This document shows positions 19,571 to 30,189 of a DNA stretch of 64,000 bases, in pieces. The position numbers and the translations under genes were made by a program. Origin of the DNA: Candidatus Cloacimonadales bacterium (lineage in GTDB: Bacteria > Cloacimonadota > Cloacimonadia > Cloacimonadales > JAIOQZ01). Position 1 is the first letter of the stretch. The number at the start of each line of letters is the position of its first letter. The stretch covers positions 2,080,001 to 2,144,000 of the forward strand of contig OY771587.1 in assembly GCA_963674825.1 (NCBI GenBank), read 5' to 3'. The notes beneath the pieces are model-generated. The model worked only from the letters and a program-made list of their open reading frames with translations. It did no database searches and was not told the origin of the DNA.

Positions 19571-22500
19571 ATTTCAGCAGCAACGTCTTATTGATGCGTG
19601 TTTCGCCATCAGTGCGGAGTCTGATGAAGTAAACACCGCTGGCTGAGTCTGCTGCATTCCATACAATCTGATGTTCTCCTGCCGGCATCGTGCTGTCAAG
19701 CAGTGTTTTGACCTTCTGGCCTTTGACATTGAACACCTCGATGGATACCTTTCCGTCGCTTGCCAGCGAGAACTCGATCGTCGTCGAGGGATTGAAGGGG
19801 TTGGGGTGATTGGAGAGGGAAGTCTCAAAGACCGGTGAAGAATCCGAACCGTCATTCTCAAACGTGATGTGATAATAACTTCTTCCATCCGAGAGATCAA
19901 TCTCCGAATCGACCAGTGTGAGATCAGAATTGACGTACTGCATGTAATTACCCAGACTCTTGGTTATGCCCCTTCCTGTCGCCACAGCAAATGTCACTTC
20001 GCCTTCTTCTACCTCGCCGTTTTCATCGAAGATAAAGGCACAGAGTTGGGTCAGAGAATCGCCACAGACTTTCGCACCGACGCATTCTCCATCGAGATAG
20101 ATCGCCATCTCTTCGTATTCCGCCACGGGGACGTATTCAACATAGAACGGAACATAGTCGGCCTCTTCCTCGTAGCTGAAGAGATAAGGATGCTGGAAGG
20201 AACGATCGGTACCTCCACGGGACGACGATGTCCAGGTAAGTGTTACATCCTGATCAACACAGATTACTACCATGTCGCCATATTCAAGCTCCGATTTCGT
20301 ATCTCCCAGCCATTTTCCATTTGATCTCTGTAAGGCCCAATATTGAGCTTGCACGGAAGTAACATGGTCTTCGATCACCGCCAATGCTTCGATAGCATTT
20401 TCCGTACTATCAAGGAAGTAACCAACCCAGTTCTCGTAGCCACGATACAGGGTCACTTGCGTCGCCGAGTTCTGCAATGTCCCGGTGACAGGAAGCTCGA
20501 CCGGTGTTGTGCTAACCACCTGAACCTTGTAGCCTTGCTGGGATGTGAAGATGTGGTTTTCATTTGTCCATTGAAAATTATCATATTGAATATATTGTCT
20601 TCCAGTCTGTTGGGATGGCATCCATTCGAAATGATTTAGGATGGTCGTGTATAGGATGTCCTCGAGCATATATTCCGCCATATCGTAATCGGGAGTTTGG
20701 CAGATGCGGTCCAGGGCAGGGAAGCACATCCAGCGCCATTGCGTAGGGAGACCGGAAGGATCGACTGTTCTCGGTAACGACCACGTATCGATTGTATGTG
20801 CGATTGCAGGATTGGCGCCGATATCGATCGGTGTACCGTCATCATCGAGAAATAGAGGAACTCCAGCATCGATACAGGGACTTCTGCCGCTTGAGTCCCA
20901 TTGCGGATAGTAGTAGGTATAGTCGTTATAGACTGTCTCACCAAGGTATGGATTGACTTCTATGTTCGAGGCTCCATATTCAATGCCAATACTTGGAGAA
21001 ATTCCGGATGTCCCATTTCGGACATCAGAATATATAACCGTAACTTGGCCTACATTGTTATGCTTCACCTCCAAACCTGGATAAAATCCGGTTGTTCTCG
21101 GATTCCACAAGATCGTGTTGTTGATATTGATATTGGAATTCACCGATAATATGGGAAGGTCTGCATGATCGATAATTGTACAGTTCGATATCGTTACGCC
21201 AGGCGTCGATGTACAACTTGTGCAATAAATTGCCGAAGAACAGTGTGTTGAACTTGTTGTCTCTGGGCATGTATTATCATAAAACACACATCCACTGATA
21301 TTAACAGAGAAGTGATTATCGGAAGAAACTGTTAAACCTCCGGCTCCGTTCTCTGGACTGCTTTGGATATTATCATGGATTATATTATTTTGAAATTGAT
21401 TTTCATCATTCCAGCATTCTATATTGATGCCACCACAGTACTCTGCTGAATTTGAATAGACATTATTGTTATTGAAATCAAATCTACAGTCTCGTATCTC
21501 CTGATTATAAAACCAAGTTCCTACCCCTCCACAAGCTACTGCACAATTCTCAAAGATTTCATTATCCGTGATCGTAATGGGGTTGTATTCAATATCAGTT
21601 AGAAATATCCCACCACCAAAATCGATCGTACATTCATTATTGTATATCCCATTTCCCGATATTTCCAAATCACAATAGGTAATTTGGCACAAATTGACTC
21701 CGCCACCACATCCCTCATTAGCAATATTGTGGTGAATTAAATTGTTAGATATTGTTCCAGTGCTAGTTGCAATCTCCTTAAGCATTATACCCCCACCACC
21801 GATAATGCCTTCGAAGTCATTCAAGTTCACTACAGCCGTACACTCATTTCCATATATATCATTGTTGTCGATAGTTATTGATGCATGAGAACAATAATCT
21901 ATGAAAAGGCCTCCGCCCATGCCATCGTTAAGCAAAATGCCCTGCTCGGCATCGTAATATTGTCCAAGACTGATATTATTATAGATGGCACAATCTGTTA
22001 TGCTCATTTCATCAGAGCTTTGTATATAAATCCCTGCACCACCACGATCATCATCATCCCACTCATAATGTTTCGATTTGCAGTTGTTATAAATGTCACA
22101 CTGATCAATTTGGATTTCATTACTCGAAAAGACCGAAATCGCCCCACCACCGTGATAAAGATCATAACCGTTGAAATTTCCGACAAATATTGGATCATTC
22201 TCGTAGAATTCACAATTGTCGATTACCAGTTTGTTTGCATTGAATACCAATAATCCTCCAGCATAGTATCCCTGGTTGTCATGAACGGTAGTATGGCTCA
22301 ACACAATTGGCTTCACATCGATATCACTGTTATTAACTTTGATTGCGGCCTCATTCGTGTTTAATGGAGCATATACCTTTGTGATTACAGCATACTCCAT
22401 TTCAACGCCATCAGTACATGTTGATTCATCTAGATCAATAAAGATTCCCGACCAATAGGTTGAACCGGTTGCACTTGTAAAATAGACAGGATAATCCTCA

Positions 22501-22721
22501 GATCCATAGACAAGAAGGCTCCCATAAACCTCCATTCCACAACCGGCAAAGAAAGAAATCGTTATCGGTTGCTGATTGAATGACGTGTCGATTATCAATA
22601 CGTCATCGGCGTCAATTTCCTCTGTTACGGAAATCACATGATCCGTTGTCCATGTTTCGGTCGTAGCACAGATATTCAGTGACAAGCATACGATGAAGAG
22701 TGTCAGAATGAGCTTCTTCAT
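19569..22721 (-). CDS. Secreted right-handed beta-helix repeat protein with FlgD-Ig/T9SS-like C-terminal domain (type A')
   Basis: Signal peptide; repeated 'GGG(I/L)...I.NN.IY.N'; 'SPCIDAG.P...DDDGTPIDIGA'; C-terminal NHPNPFNPSTTI. Confidence 0.85.
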   Translation of the reverse strand: MKKLILTLFIVCLSLNICATTETWTTDHVISVTEEIDADDVLIIDTSFNQQPITISFFAGCGMEVYGSLLVYGSEDYPVYFTSATGSTYWSGIFIDLDESTCTDGVEMEYAVITKVYAPLNTNEAAIKVNNSDIDVKPIVLSHTTVHDNQGYYAGGLLVFNANKLVIDNCEFYENDPIFVGNFNGYDLYHGGGAISVFSSNEIQIDQCDIYNNCKSKHYEWDDDDRGGAGIYIQSSDEMSITDCAIYNNISLGQYYDAEQGILLNDGMGGGLFIDYCSHASITIDNNDIYGNECTAVVNLNDFEGIIGGGGIMLKEIATSTGTISNNLIHHNIANEGCGGGVNLCQITYCDLEISGNGIYNNECTIDFGGGIFLTDIEYNPITITDNEIFENCAVACGGVGTWFYNQEIRDCRFDFNNNNVYSNSAEYCGGINIECWNDENQFQNNIIHDNIQSSPENGAGGLTVSSDNHFSVNISGCVFYDNTCPETTSSTHCSSAIYCTSCTSTPGVTISNCTIIDHADLPILSVNSNININNTILWNPRTTGFYPGLEVKHNNVGQVTVIYSDVRNGTSGISPSIGIEYGASNIEVNPYLGETVYNDYTYYYPQWDSSGRSPCIDAGVPLFLDDDGTPIDIGANPAIAHTIDTWSLPRTVDPSGLPTQWRWMCFPALDRICQTPDYDMAEYMLEDILYTTILNHFEWMPSQQTGRQYIQYDNFQWTNENHIFTSQQGYKVQVVSTTPVELPVTGTLQNSATQVTLYRGYENWVGYFLDSTENAIEALAVIEDHVTSVQAQYWALQRSNGKWLGDTKSELEYGDMVVICVDQDVTLTWTSSSRGGTDRSFQHPYLFSYEEEADYVPFYVEYVPVAEYEEMAIYLDGECVGAKVCGDSLTQLCAFIFDENGEVEEGEVTFAVATGRGITKSLGNYMQYVNSDLTLVDSEIDLSDGRSYYHITFENDGSDSSPVFETSLSNHPNPFNPSTTIEFSLASDGKVSIEVFNVKGQKVKTLLDSTMPAGEHQIVWNAADSASGVYFIRLRTDGETRINKTLLLK

Positions 22722-22814
22722 AATTCCACCTGATCAATTCGGTTGTGTGTTTTGTTACGTTGGCAAATTCATATCGACATTAACCCCGTTTCTGATCCTA
22801 TCCTATAGAAAAAT

Positions 22815-25166
22815 TCATTTCATCATCATCATCTTGCGATACAACGTCTTACCGGAGTATCTCATACGGCAGATATAGACACCACTACTGACCGTCGATT
22901 GCCGATTGTTACGTCCATCCCACACGATTTCATGATACCCGGCTTGATATGTGATGCCGCCCAAGTCGCGTATTTTCTGTCCACGCATGTTGTAGATTGC
23001 GATCTTGACGGTAGAGGTTGTTGGTATCGTGAAACGGATGGTGGTACTCGGATTGAACGGATTCGGATAGTTGGTCAATCCTGATTCGTAGGGTGGGATA
23101 TTCTGTTGAGTTGCCATATCTGGATCGTACTCGTAGCAACCCATGTCGATACGGGCAATACCATCCTGATCACCGTCGACAAAGCGGTCATTGAGCAGCA
23201 AATCATATAGCGGAAGATACATCCCTGTTGTATCCGCTCTGCCGGCATCAATGCTGAGGTCACCTGCTGGAAGACGGTAGGGAAAAAGACTCTCTGGATT
23301 GTTTGTATTCCAGTCTGGTGGGGCATTGATATTGCCATCTAGCCAGTTCAGTGTGCAAAGTTCAACATCCGGTACATATATGCTCGCTTCGCCTCCATTG
23401 ATGTTGCAGTGATCAATATTGAGGACGTTCTCAAGCTGCGCACTAGCTCCGGATGGTAGTGTGATTTCATATTGTGTGAGGTCGTCGAATATGCAATTAG
23501 CTGCATTTACTTCTTCCCACCCCACATCGAGTGTGGCAAACGAGGCGTTATTGTTAACAAATGTGCAATTATAGATATCTACACCTCCAAGGCAGCGTAG
23601 AGTCACAACACTTTCAGTAGGCATCGTGTTATTGTAAATCAGGTTGTTACGAAAAGTAAGATGCGCCTCCATTCCTTGCCGGCTTCCTATTGATAAAGCG
23701 AGGCTATGCCATGGGGATTGACATGAGCCGTTACCGAACGTGCAGTTCTCCACAAGAGCATCTCCACGCATGCTAACGTATAGATGGGCATACCCAAAAT
23801 CGTATTCTCCTGAAGCAATTGCATGATTGTTGTAAAACTTGCAATTGCGAATAACTGTGTTGTCGGATAGAAGGTAAGCTCCCGGCCTATCTTCCGCAAT
23901 GTTGTCATGAATGCTTGAGTTTGTGAGTGTAAAACTATCTACTTCATTGATATATAAGGTACCAAATCTATCATGGTTAGCCCCAGACGCGTCAATATCG
24001 TCTAATATCACTTGATTCACACATGATATTCCAATTAAAATGTTGGTGTTTATGCCATTATTAACTAATTTCAGCCCAGAAGCCTGTACTTTCTGGCTAT
24101 CAAGCCCGGAACTTATAAATGGCATTCCCCGATCATTATGTAGCGCAACAAAATCGGAACCTTCTCCATGTAGGATGCAATAATCCTTCAGCGATATCGG
24201 AAGAAGCAAGTTTGTTTCTTCATAGCTATATTCTCCTGCAGCGACATACACAGTTTTGGGATTCAAGCTGTCCGATGCAATTTTCCGCATTGCCAAGGAA
24301 ATGTTCAGGAGGGGATCTTCCGGTGATAGTCCGCTGTTGCGATCATCTCCATTTGGAGCAACGTACAGGTCATGATTGACTTCTTCCATCCAGCCGTGCA
24401 GAACATCGTGCGTCAGTTCTCCAGTATCATCAAACTGATGAAAGAAATATGAGAAATATTGAGTAGGCGGATTTACGGTGAAAGTGTCTACTATTACATT
24501 AATATCATGATCTGCTTCTACAATGTAAAGATCGCAGTGAGCGCCGCCCGTATTATTGTAAATATTGCAACGATTTGAGGGATCGAATGTCAAGTTTGAA
24601 TCGTAATGAACATATATTCCCCCTCCAACAAGTGCTTGGTTTTGGCATATTGAGACTCCTGACAAGAAAAGATCTGCCTGCACTACATAAATCCCTCCTC
24701 CTGAATATGCAATATTGTCGCGCATTATGCAATCTTCAATTGTCGCATCAATGATGGGACTAATATTGTAATTGGTGCATATAAATACACCACCTCCGTA
24801 CACGCTATTGCTGGAATCAGTTCCACTCCCGTTTGTTATGGTGAATCCTTTTATTCTAGCATTCTGCTCATGATCATTGAGGACAAAGCAACTTCCCGTT
24901 TGATTCCCGTTCACGATTGTGGTACCAATGTAGCTCTCATCGCCGGTTGTGAGTTCAAGGCTGGCGATGGTGATACCGTGGCCATTGAAGTTGACGTTTT
25001 CGTAGTAGGTTCCGGGCCAAACCAGCACGGTATCGCCATCTGCAGATGCATTCACGGCGGATTGGATGGTTGTCCAGTCTCCGGTTCCGTCCTGCTTTAC
25101 AGTGATGGTGACTGCGGAGAGTGAGATCGCTGCTGTGACAAGGATCAGGGCTATCAGGTTTTTCAT
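22815..25166 (-). CDS. Secreted beta-helix (DUF1565-like) protein with FlgD-Ig/T9SS-like C-terminal domain (type B, paralog of 16851-19445)
   Basis: Start moved to MKNLIALIL (GGAG RBS); same N-terminal, DLYVAPNGDD and 'DGD.DGIAR.DMGCYEY' motifs as B'. Confidence 0.85.
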   Translation of the reverse strand: MKNLIALILVTAAISLSAVTITVKQDGTGDWTTIQSAVNASADGDTVLVWPGTYYENVNFNGHGITIASLELTTGDESYIGTTIVNGNQTGSCFVLNDHEQNARIKGFTITNGSGTDSSNSVYGGGVFICTNYNISPIIDATIEDCIMRDNIAYSGGGIYVVQADLFLSGVSICQNQALVGGGIYVHYDSNLTFDPSNRCNIYNNTGGAHCDLYIVEADHDINVIVDTFTVNPPTQYFSYFFHQFDDTGELTHDVLHGWMEEVNHDLYVAPNGDDRNSGLSPEDPLLNISLAMRKIASDSLNPKTVYVAAGEYSYEETNLLLPISLKDYCILHGEGSDFVALHNDRGMPFISSGLDSQKVQASGLKLVNNGINTNILIGISCVNQVILDDIDASGANHDRFGTLYINEVDSFTLTNSSIHDNIAEDRPGAYLLSDNTVIRNCKFYNNHAIASGEYDFGYAHLYVSMRGDALVENCTFGNGSCQSPWHSLALSIGSRQGMEAHLTFRNNLIYNNTMPTESVVTLRCLGGVDIYNCTFVNNNASFATLDVGWEEVNAANCIFDDLTQYEITLPSGASAQLENVLNIDHCNINGGEASIYVPDVELCTLNWLDGNINAPPDWNTNNPESLFPYRLPAGDLSIDAGRADTTGMYLPLYDLLLNDRFVDGDQDGIARIDMGCYEYDPDMATQQNIPPYESGLTNYPNPFNPSTTIRFTIPTTSTVKIAIYNMRGQKIRDLGGITYQAGYHEIVWDGRNNRQSTVSSGVYICRMRYSGKTLYRKMMMMK

Positions 25167-25256
25167 GGTTGGCTCCAAACTTTCCACGAACATGATTTCG
25201 ATTCTCGAAATCACATCGTTCGATCATTTCGTTGTGACTGCGTCAAAGCCGAAATT

Positions 25257-25343
25257 AACTCCCCCTAACCCCCTCTTTGCACAAAGAGGGGGCTTAAGGT
25301 AAGTATCATTTTATCCGCTAACATTATCCCGATAAATCGGGAT
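25257..25343. repeat. REP-like hairpin plus a second palindrome
   Basis: CCCCCTAACCCCCTCTTTG-ca-CAAAGAGGGGG-cTTAAGG; ATCCCGAT-aa-ATCGGGAT at 25326-25343. Confidence 0.6.
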
Positions 25344-25386
25344 TACATCGCTCATGGGTATCGTTTTCGCTTCGCGAAAGCCGAAC

Positions 25387-28300
25387 CTATTTTATCATCA
25401 TCATTTTCTTTACGAACGTTTTCTGCGACGTTTTCATACGATAGAAATAGATTCCGCTGGACGCTTGCTTGCCAAAGGAATCCTTCCCATTCCACACGAC
25501 TTCATGGAATCCGGCAGGCATGTTAGCACTGATCAACTGACGGACTTTTTGCCCCTTCAGATTATAGACCGCAATCTCGACCGGGCCGTCCTGGTTGAGC
25601 GAGTACTTGATCGTTGTCGTCGGGTTGAATGGATTGGGGAAATTCTGATCCATGGCTGTTGTTGCAGGAATTATTTCTTCCGCATCCATATCAAGACTCA
25701 CAAAATATACACCATTGTCATCGATATTGAGTTTGGTGCCTATCAACTTCATTGTATTCGGATCAAGAACTGCATAGCTTTGTATCAGCCTGCTTGGAGC
25801 TCGATCACCGTAGTACAGCGCAATCTCGATGTCATTTCCCGTCGTATCACTAAGTACATACGCGTTGATCTGAACAATGCTGTCGCGGACTACTGATGCA
25901 CCACGGCATTCTCCATTCAGGAACACAGCAACCTCATCAGGTATGCTACGTTCAGTATTATCAAGCTCAACATATAATGCGGCATAGTCGGCTTCCCTGT
26001 CAAAGGAATAATACTCAGTATTCCTAAAATCATCAATAGCTGGAATGATGTTGTCTCCACCCCAACGGAAATTGCATTCACGAACGCACTGGACTTTAAC
26101 CATTTCGCCGTAACACAGGACATTTCCATCTTCTCCGCAATTGCCAAACCAATACCCTGTCGGTCCCTTGTACATAGCCCATCGTTCTGTTCGGATCTGG
26201 GATATATCATCCAATACTGGGGCTAATGCGTCCAGCGCATCCATTTTCTCCTGAATGAAATAACCAATCCAGTTTTCTCTTGAAAGACCATTATCATTAG
26301 TCTCAAGATAAATTCGAGTATCAACGGGTGCCCGGAAACCTGATTTGGTTAGATTGTAAAAATCTTCGGCGTAATTGTCATCCATTGTAGCGATGTAACC
26401 TTGAGTGTATGATATTTCATGATCCCCATTAGTCCATGCATTGGATTCGCCTACTTCGATATAGTGATTTCCCTCTACGTCATACCACAGAATATTGTCC
26501 GTAACACGAAGCTGCCCATTGAACAAGTCCTCGAAGAAGTTTGACGCAACATTCTCTCCAGTTGTTCTTGTGTCGATTATTGGAAAACAAACCCATTCAT
26601 ACGGATCATCCTCACTCCATTCGAGTGTTTTAATCTCCCAATCATGTTCGTCGACAGGATAAACCCCCATGTCACTTGGCGTTCCATCTTCGTCTTTGAT
26701 CAAAGGATCTCCAGTATCTATGCAGGGGCTTTTTTGATTTTCATCCCAAATTAGGTGAAAATCGCTTTCAGTATCGACAAATAAAGGATCTTCATTGATG
26801 TTGCAATCTTCAGGATCTCCATATGGGTCACCGCCCGATAAATCAATATTGCAGTAAGCCACATCCGTCGAGGAATTGAAGTTATAGTCCCCGTTCTCGT
26901 AGAAGATTGAGTTCTTTATTGAATTGACCCGATTGCCGCCAGCGTCATATGAAAAGATCCTATCGTTATCTACGAAAACACAATTGATGATGTCAATATC
27001 GACAGAAGAAGAGATTACCCCTCGTATTGCTGCCTCGTTCCCTTGGAAGATCGAGTTTTCAATCGAGAATTTGCTGCGATAAGAGGCATTGAAATCAATT
27101 CCCGTTTCGCAGTTTTTGATGTTGCAGTCAATGAACACACCATGGCTTGTCTCGTTCACTTTTATGCTTCTTAGGAAGTCGGTCATCACACATCTTGACA
27201 ATACAACGTCTGAATTATCAACTGTAATGGCGTATTCACAATCATCATCTTCAGCACTAAATGTCAGGCCAACAAGAGATACTTCTGTATTTTGAAGATG
27301 GACCACTCGATCTTCGCTTTCTTCAGCTATCAAGATTGTTGTCTCGATCATACTCGGATCTCCCAGATCTAAATATCGACTTCCAATAGTCAGCTCCTTC
27401 TTTATTTGTGAATTAACAACATATGTTCCAGGTTGGATTAGTAGGGTATCAGCTGGATAGACGCTTGGATTATTGATTGCTTCCTGGAGCGTTGTTCCTA
27501 CAGGGAAGTCATTTGGGAAGATGTGCACATGGCCATAGAGACCTGTATCGGGCCCATAGGGAAAATGGTACATTCGTGAGACATCATTGAGTTTTCTAAA
27601 CGTTGCGTCATTATTTTTATAGAGCTTTCTGAGGTTCATAATAAAGTAGTACATGTCACTTCCACGCCTTCCTACTTGTGGTTCAGTGTTCCCGATATAT
27701 GTTCGAGTGAGATAGTCCCACAGCAATGGGAGATCAATGCTCAAATTATCGCTTGGTATATCACCCCATTGATTTTCCCAGTTACCACCTGGAGAATCAA
27801 TTACGCTATCATATAAATCCCATAAGAAATGATAGCAAGTGTTAACATATCTGATATTACTGCTGATTAGGAGGTTATACTCCGGATGCCTGAAGACGCT
27901 ATCAAGAAGATTGTCAACAGCATAGAATTCGAACAAGTAAATGGGAGATCTATATTTAAATTCACTACTATCACCATTGTAGGTAGCACACAGATTAAGG
28001 TAACGATATGACGGATTCCAACCATGAAAGGCATGTACATAATCATATTTTTCGGATCGATTTTCTGCCTTAACAAGCTGACAGAACCATTCAGCAATGG
28101 CTTCTGAGAAAGCACTGTTCGAATGATATTGATCAAAATGGGATTCCGGCTTTTGATACGGATCAGAGCAAACCCCTTCTTGCATGTTCCACTCAACTGG
28201 ATCCATATGGAAATAATGTCCCATCTCATGGAATAAAAGAAAGGAATCCCACTCAGCCCATTGTCTATCCATAAATGATTGGTATGGATGTAAGTCACCG

Positions 28301-29856
28301 TGTTGGCTTCTCAGGTGAATAGCGTCATATCCGCTTAGGCCTGTATTGGGGATCTTAGCATCGAGCATCTCTGACGAGCAATAGAAATTTTTAGGCTCGA
28401 TCGGCCAACCTTGATCAACATAGATTGCTAGTTTATCTCGAAGAGGGTTTAAGGTATTCATCATATTGAATACATGTTTGGCGCGATAGAATTCATGATA
28501 TACATGGTTTGCTGCGCAAAAGTTATGATCTTTGATTAAGACATGAAGTGGGCATTCTTCTTCGATTATTGCATGAGGATCATCCCAGCTTAAAGGGTTG
28601 ATCTGGATTGTTAGTTTTATGGTATAGGCTTCATTCCATGTTTGAGGAAATACTTCTGGATGATATAGCTTAATTCCTTGTTTTATTGTACTATAACATC
28701 TATCCTGACAATTAAATAGTAGGATATCGTCTTCATTGAATAACTCAACAGTTACCAAAGCACACCCGACGGACACATTGCCGAATGAAAAGAATCCATT
28801 ATTATACAGATTTGTGTCTGCGATATGTTGGTATTGATCAAAATTAGCATCATCTAGGCCATTCCCATCGACATCAAAATTGTATAGCTTAACAATTCCA
28901 ACAGCAGGAACGGTTTTCGAGTTACCAACATATCCAGGTTCGGATAAGAAGAATGCGCCGTCTCCTCCTTGGGCGAATGGGGAATGCTCTTCTACTTCGA
29001 TATATCCACATAGGGGGTAATGATTAATAATTTCGACATGATAGAAATCCTCATCATTGAAATATACGTACCCTTCATTCCCAATTGCTCCATTAACAAT
29101 CAGCTTTATACTATTACCTACTTGTGTGACTTCGCCTATGTGCACTCCGTTAATTCCATCAATATGAGGGTGATCAATTTCGACTCCTTCAGATGGGGTC
29201 AAATAGATGGTGTTGCCGGCTAATACACCCATTACTAAGCCACCAGGCCGATTTCTGAGCTTCATTGTTGGGACTTCAAGATTCACTTCCTGGAACTCGC
29301 CAAGCCCGGCTTTGTCATTCCATGCTCTATGGCCGATCCATGTTTTACTTTCAAGGATTGAAGTGTATTGATCATCCACATAATAACTGCTGCCATCCAG
29401 CAATGTTAGCTCGGAGGCTAGTGGATCTGACGCTTCAGATAAGCGATATATAGTTAGCATGAACATGAACCGATCATTTGCTTCGAGGAGCCTAAATTCG
29501 ATTGTGTTGGTATGTATAGACTTTCTATCCGAGATGATGTCATTCTTGTTCACATCGTTACGGACAATATTCCCATACATTTCTTTACCTAATAGGTAAT
29601 CTTCCAATTTTATCAAGTACTCCTTTCCGGGGATGTATTTCTCATTTTGTTTATCTATTGTGATACTGTAGTTGACGGTCACGATATCTCCGGTTTGATA
29701 GTTTCTGATGTCGGGAGAGACAGTGTATTCCACAACTAGTGGCGAGTATTGTAGCGTATCACAACCAGTAGGTTCACTCCATAGTTTTTTAGCAATTATC
29801 AGACTAAGTAGAATTGACAGGATAATCAAAATTGGCTTCATGTTTGAGTGTTTCAT
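25387..29856 (-). CDS. Secreted protein with a putative zinc metallopeptidase domain, beta-helix and FlgD-Ig/T9SS-like C-terminal domain (type A)
   Basis: GGAGG RBS before MKHSNMKP; HEMGH motif with downstream 'AFSEAIAEW'; C-terminal third paralogous to 19569-22721. Confidence 0.8.
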   Translation of the reverse strand: MKHSNMKPILIILSILLSLIIAKKLWSEPTGCDTLQYSPLVVEYTVSPDIRNYQTGDIVTVNYSITIDKQNEKYIPGKEYLIKLEDYLLGKEMYGNIVRNDVNKNDIISDRKSIHTNTIEFRLLEANDRFMFMLTIYRLSEASDPLASELTLLDGSSYYVDDQYTSILESKTWIGHRAWNDKAGLGEFQEVNLEVPTMKLRNRPGGLVMGVLAGNTIYLTPSEGVEIDHPHIDGINGVHIGEVTQVGNSIKLIVNGAIGNEGYVYFNDEDFYHVEIINHYPLCGYIEVEEHSPFAQGGDGAFFLSEPGYVGNSKTVPAVGIVKLYNFDVDGNGLDDANFDQYQHIADTNLYNNGFFSFGNVSVGCALVTVELFNEDDILLFNCQDRCYSTIKQGIKLYHPEVFPQTWNEAYTIKLTIQINPLSWDDPHAIIEEECPLHVLIKDHNFCAANHVYHEFYRAKHVFNMMNTLNPLRDKLAIYVDQGWPIEPKNFYCSSEMLDAKIPNTGLSGYDAIHLRSQHGDLHPYQSFMDRQWAEWDSFLLFHEMGHYFHMDPVEWNMQEGVCSDPYQKPESHFDQYHSNSAFSEAIAEWFCQLVKAENRSEKYDYVHAFHGWNPSYRYLNLCATYNGDSSEFKYRSPIYLFEFYAVDNLLDSVFRHPEYNLLISSNIRYVNTCYHFLWDLYDSVIDSPGGNWENQWGDIPSDNLSIDLPLLWDYLTRTYIGNTEPQVGRRGSDMYYFIMNLRKLYKNNDATFRKLNDVSRMYHFPYGPDTGLYGHVHIFPNDFPVGTTLQEAINNPSVYPADTLLIQPGTYVVNSQIKKELTIGSRYLDLGDPSMIETTILIAEESEDRVVHLQNTEVSLVGLTFSAEDDDCEYAITVDNSDVVLSRCVMTDFLRSIKVNETSHGVFIDCNIKNCETGIDFNASYRSKFSIENSIFQGNEAAIRGVISSSVDIDIINCVFVDNDRIFSYDAGGNRVNSIKNSIFYENGDYNFNSSTDVAYCNIDLSGGDPYGDPEDCNINEDPLFVDTESDFHLIWDENQKSPCIDTGDPLIKDEDGTPSDMGVYPVDEHDWEIKTLEWSEDDPYEWVCFPIIDTRTTGENVASNFFEDLFNGQLRVTDNILWYDVEGNHYIEVGESNAWTNGDHEISYTQGYIATMDDNYAEDFYNLTKSGFRAPVDTRIYLETNDNGLSRENWIGYFIQEKMDALDALAPVLDDISQIRTERWAMYKGPTGYWFGNCGEDGNVLCYGEMVKVQCVRECNFRWGGDNIIPAIDDFRNTEYYSFDREADYAALYVELDNTERSIPDEVAVFLNGECRGASVVRDSIVQINAYVLSDTTGNDIEIALYYGDRAPSRLIQSYAVLDPNTMKLIGTKLNIDDNGVYFVSLDMDAEEIIPATTAMDQNFPNPFNPTTTIKYSLNQDGPVEIAVYNLKGQKVRQLISANMPAGFHEVVWNGKDSFGKQASSGIYFYRMKTSQKTFVKKMMMIK

Positions 29857-30189
29857 TGTGTCCTCCGTCATTTTAGTTCATTGTGTTGGTGAAAATTGTT
29901 GGATGCATGTCATCCTGGGATGCGTAGTATTGCTTGATCTGATATTAGTCTCAAGTCATAACACTAATAGCAAATTCTCGGTTTGCGACACTTTATACTA
30001 GGTTCCAATTCTCAGGTGGGGAGGTAAATCGATAAAAGCACTTACGCTGCCACCCTAATAAATCATTGCCATCCATTAAGTAAATCCCTAAATATTGTAT
30101 TTCGGAAGCCATACTGTTAACAATTTATATTCAGTGGCGGAGATTATGTCAAGATAATTGTGGTGATCTGATGCGTGATGGGTTTCGTA

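Noticed and set aside
19463..25343. CRISPR array or integron attC cassettes
   Set aside because: No regularly spaced identical repeats, no cas or intI gene, and no RYYYAAC/GTTRRRY boxes recognised; the hairpins are REP-like.
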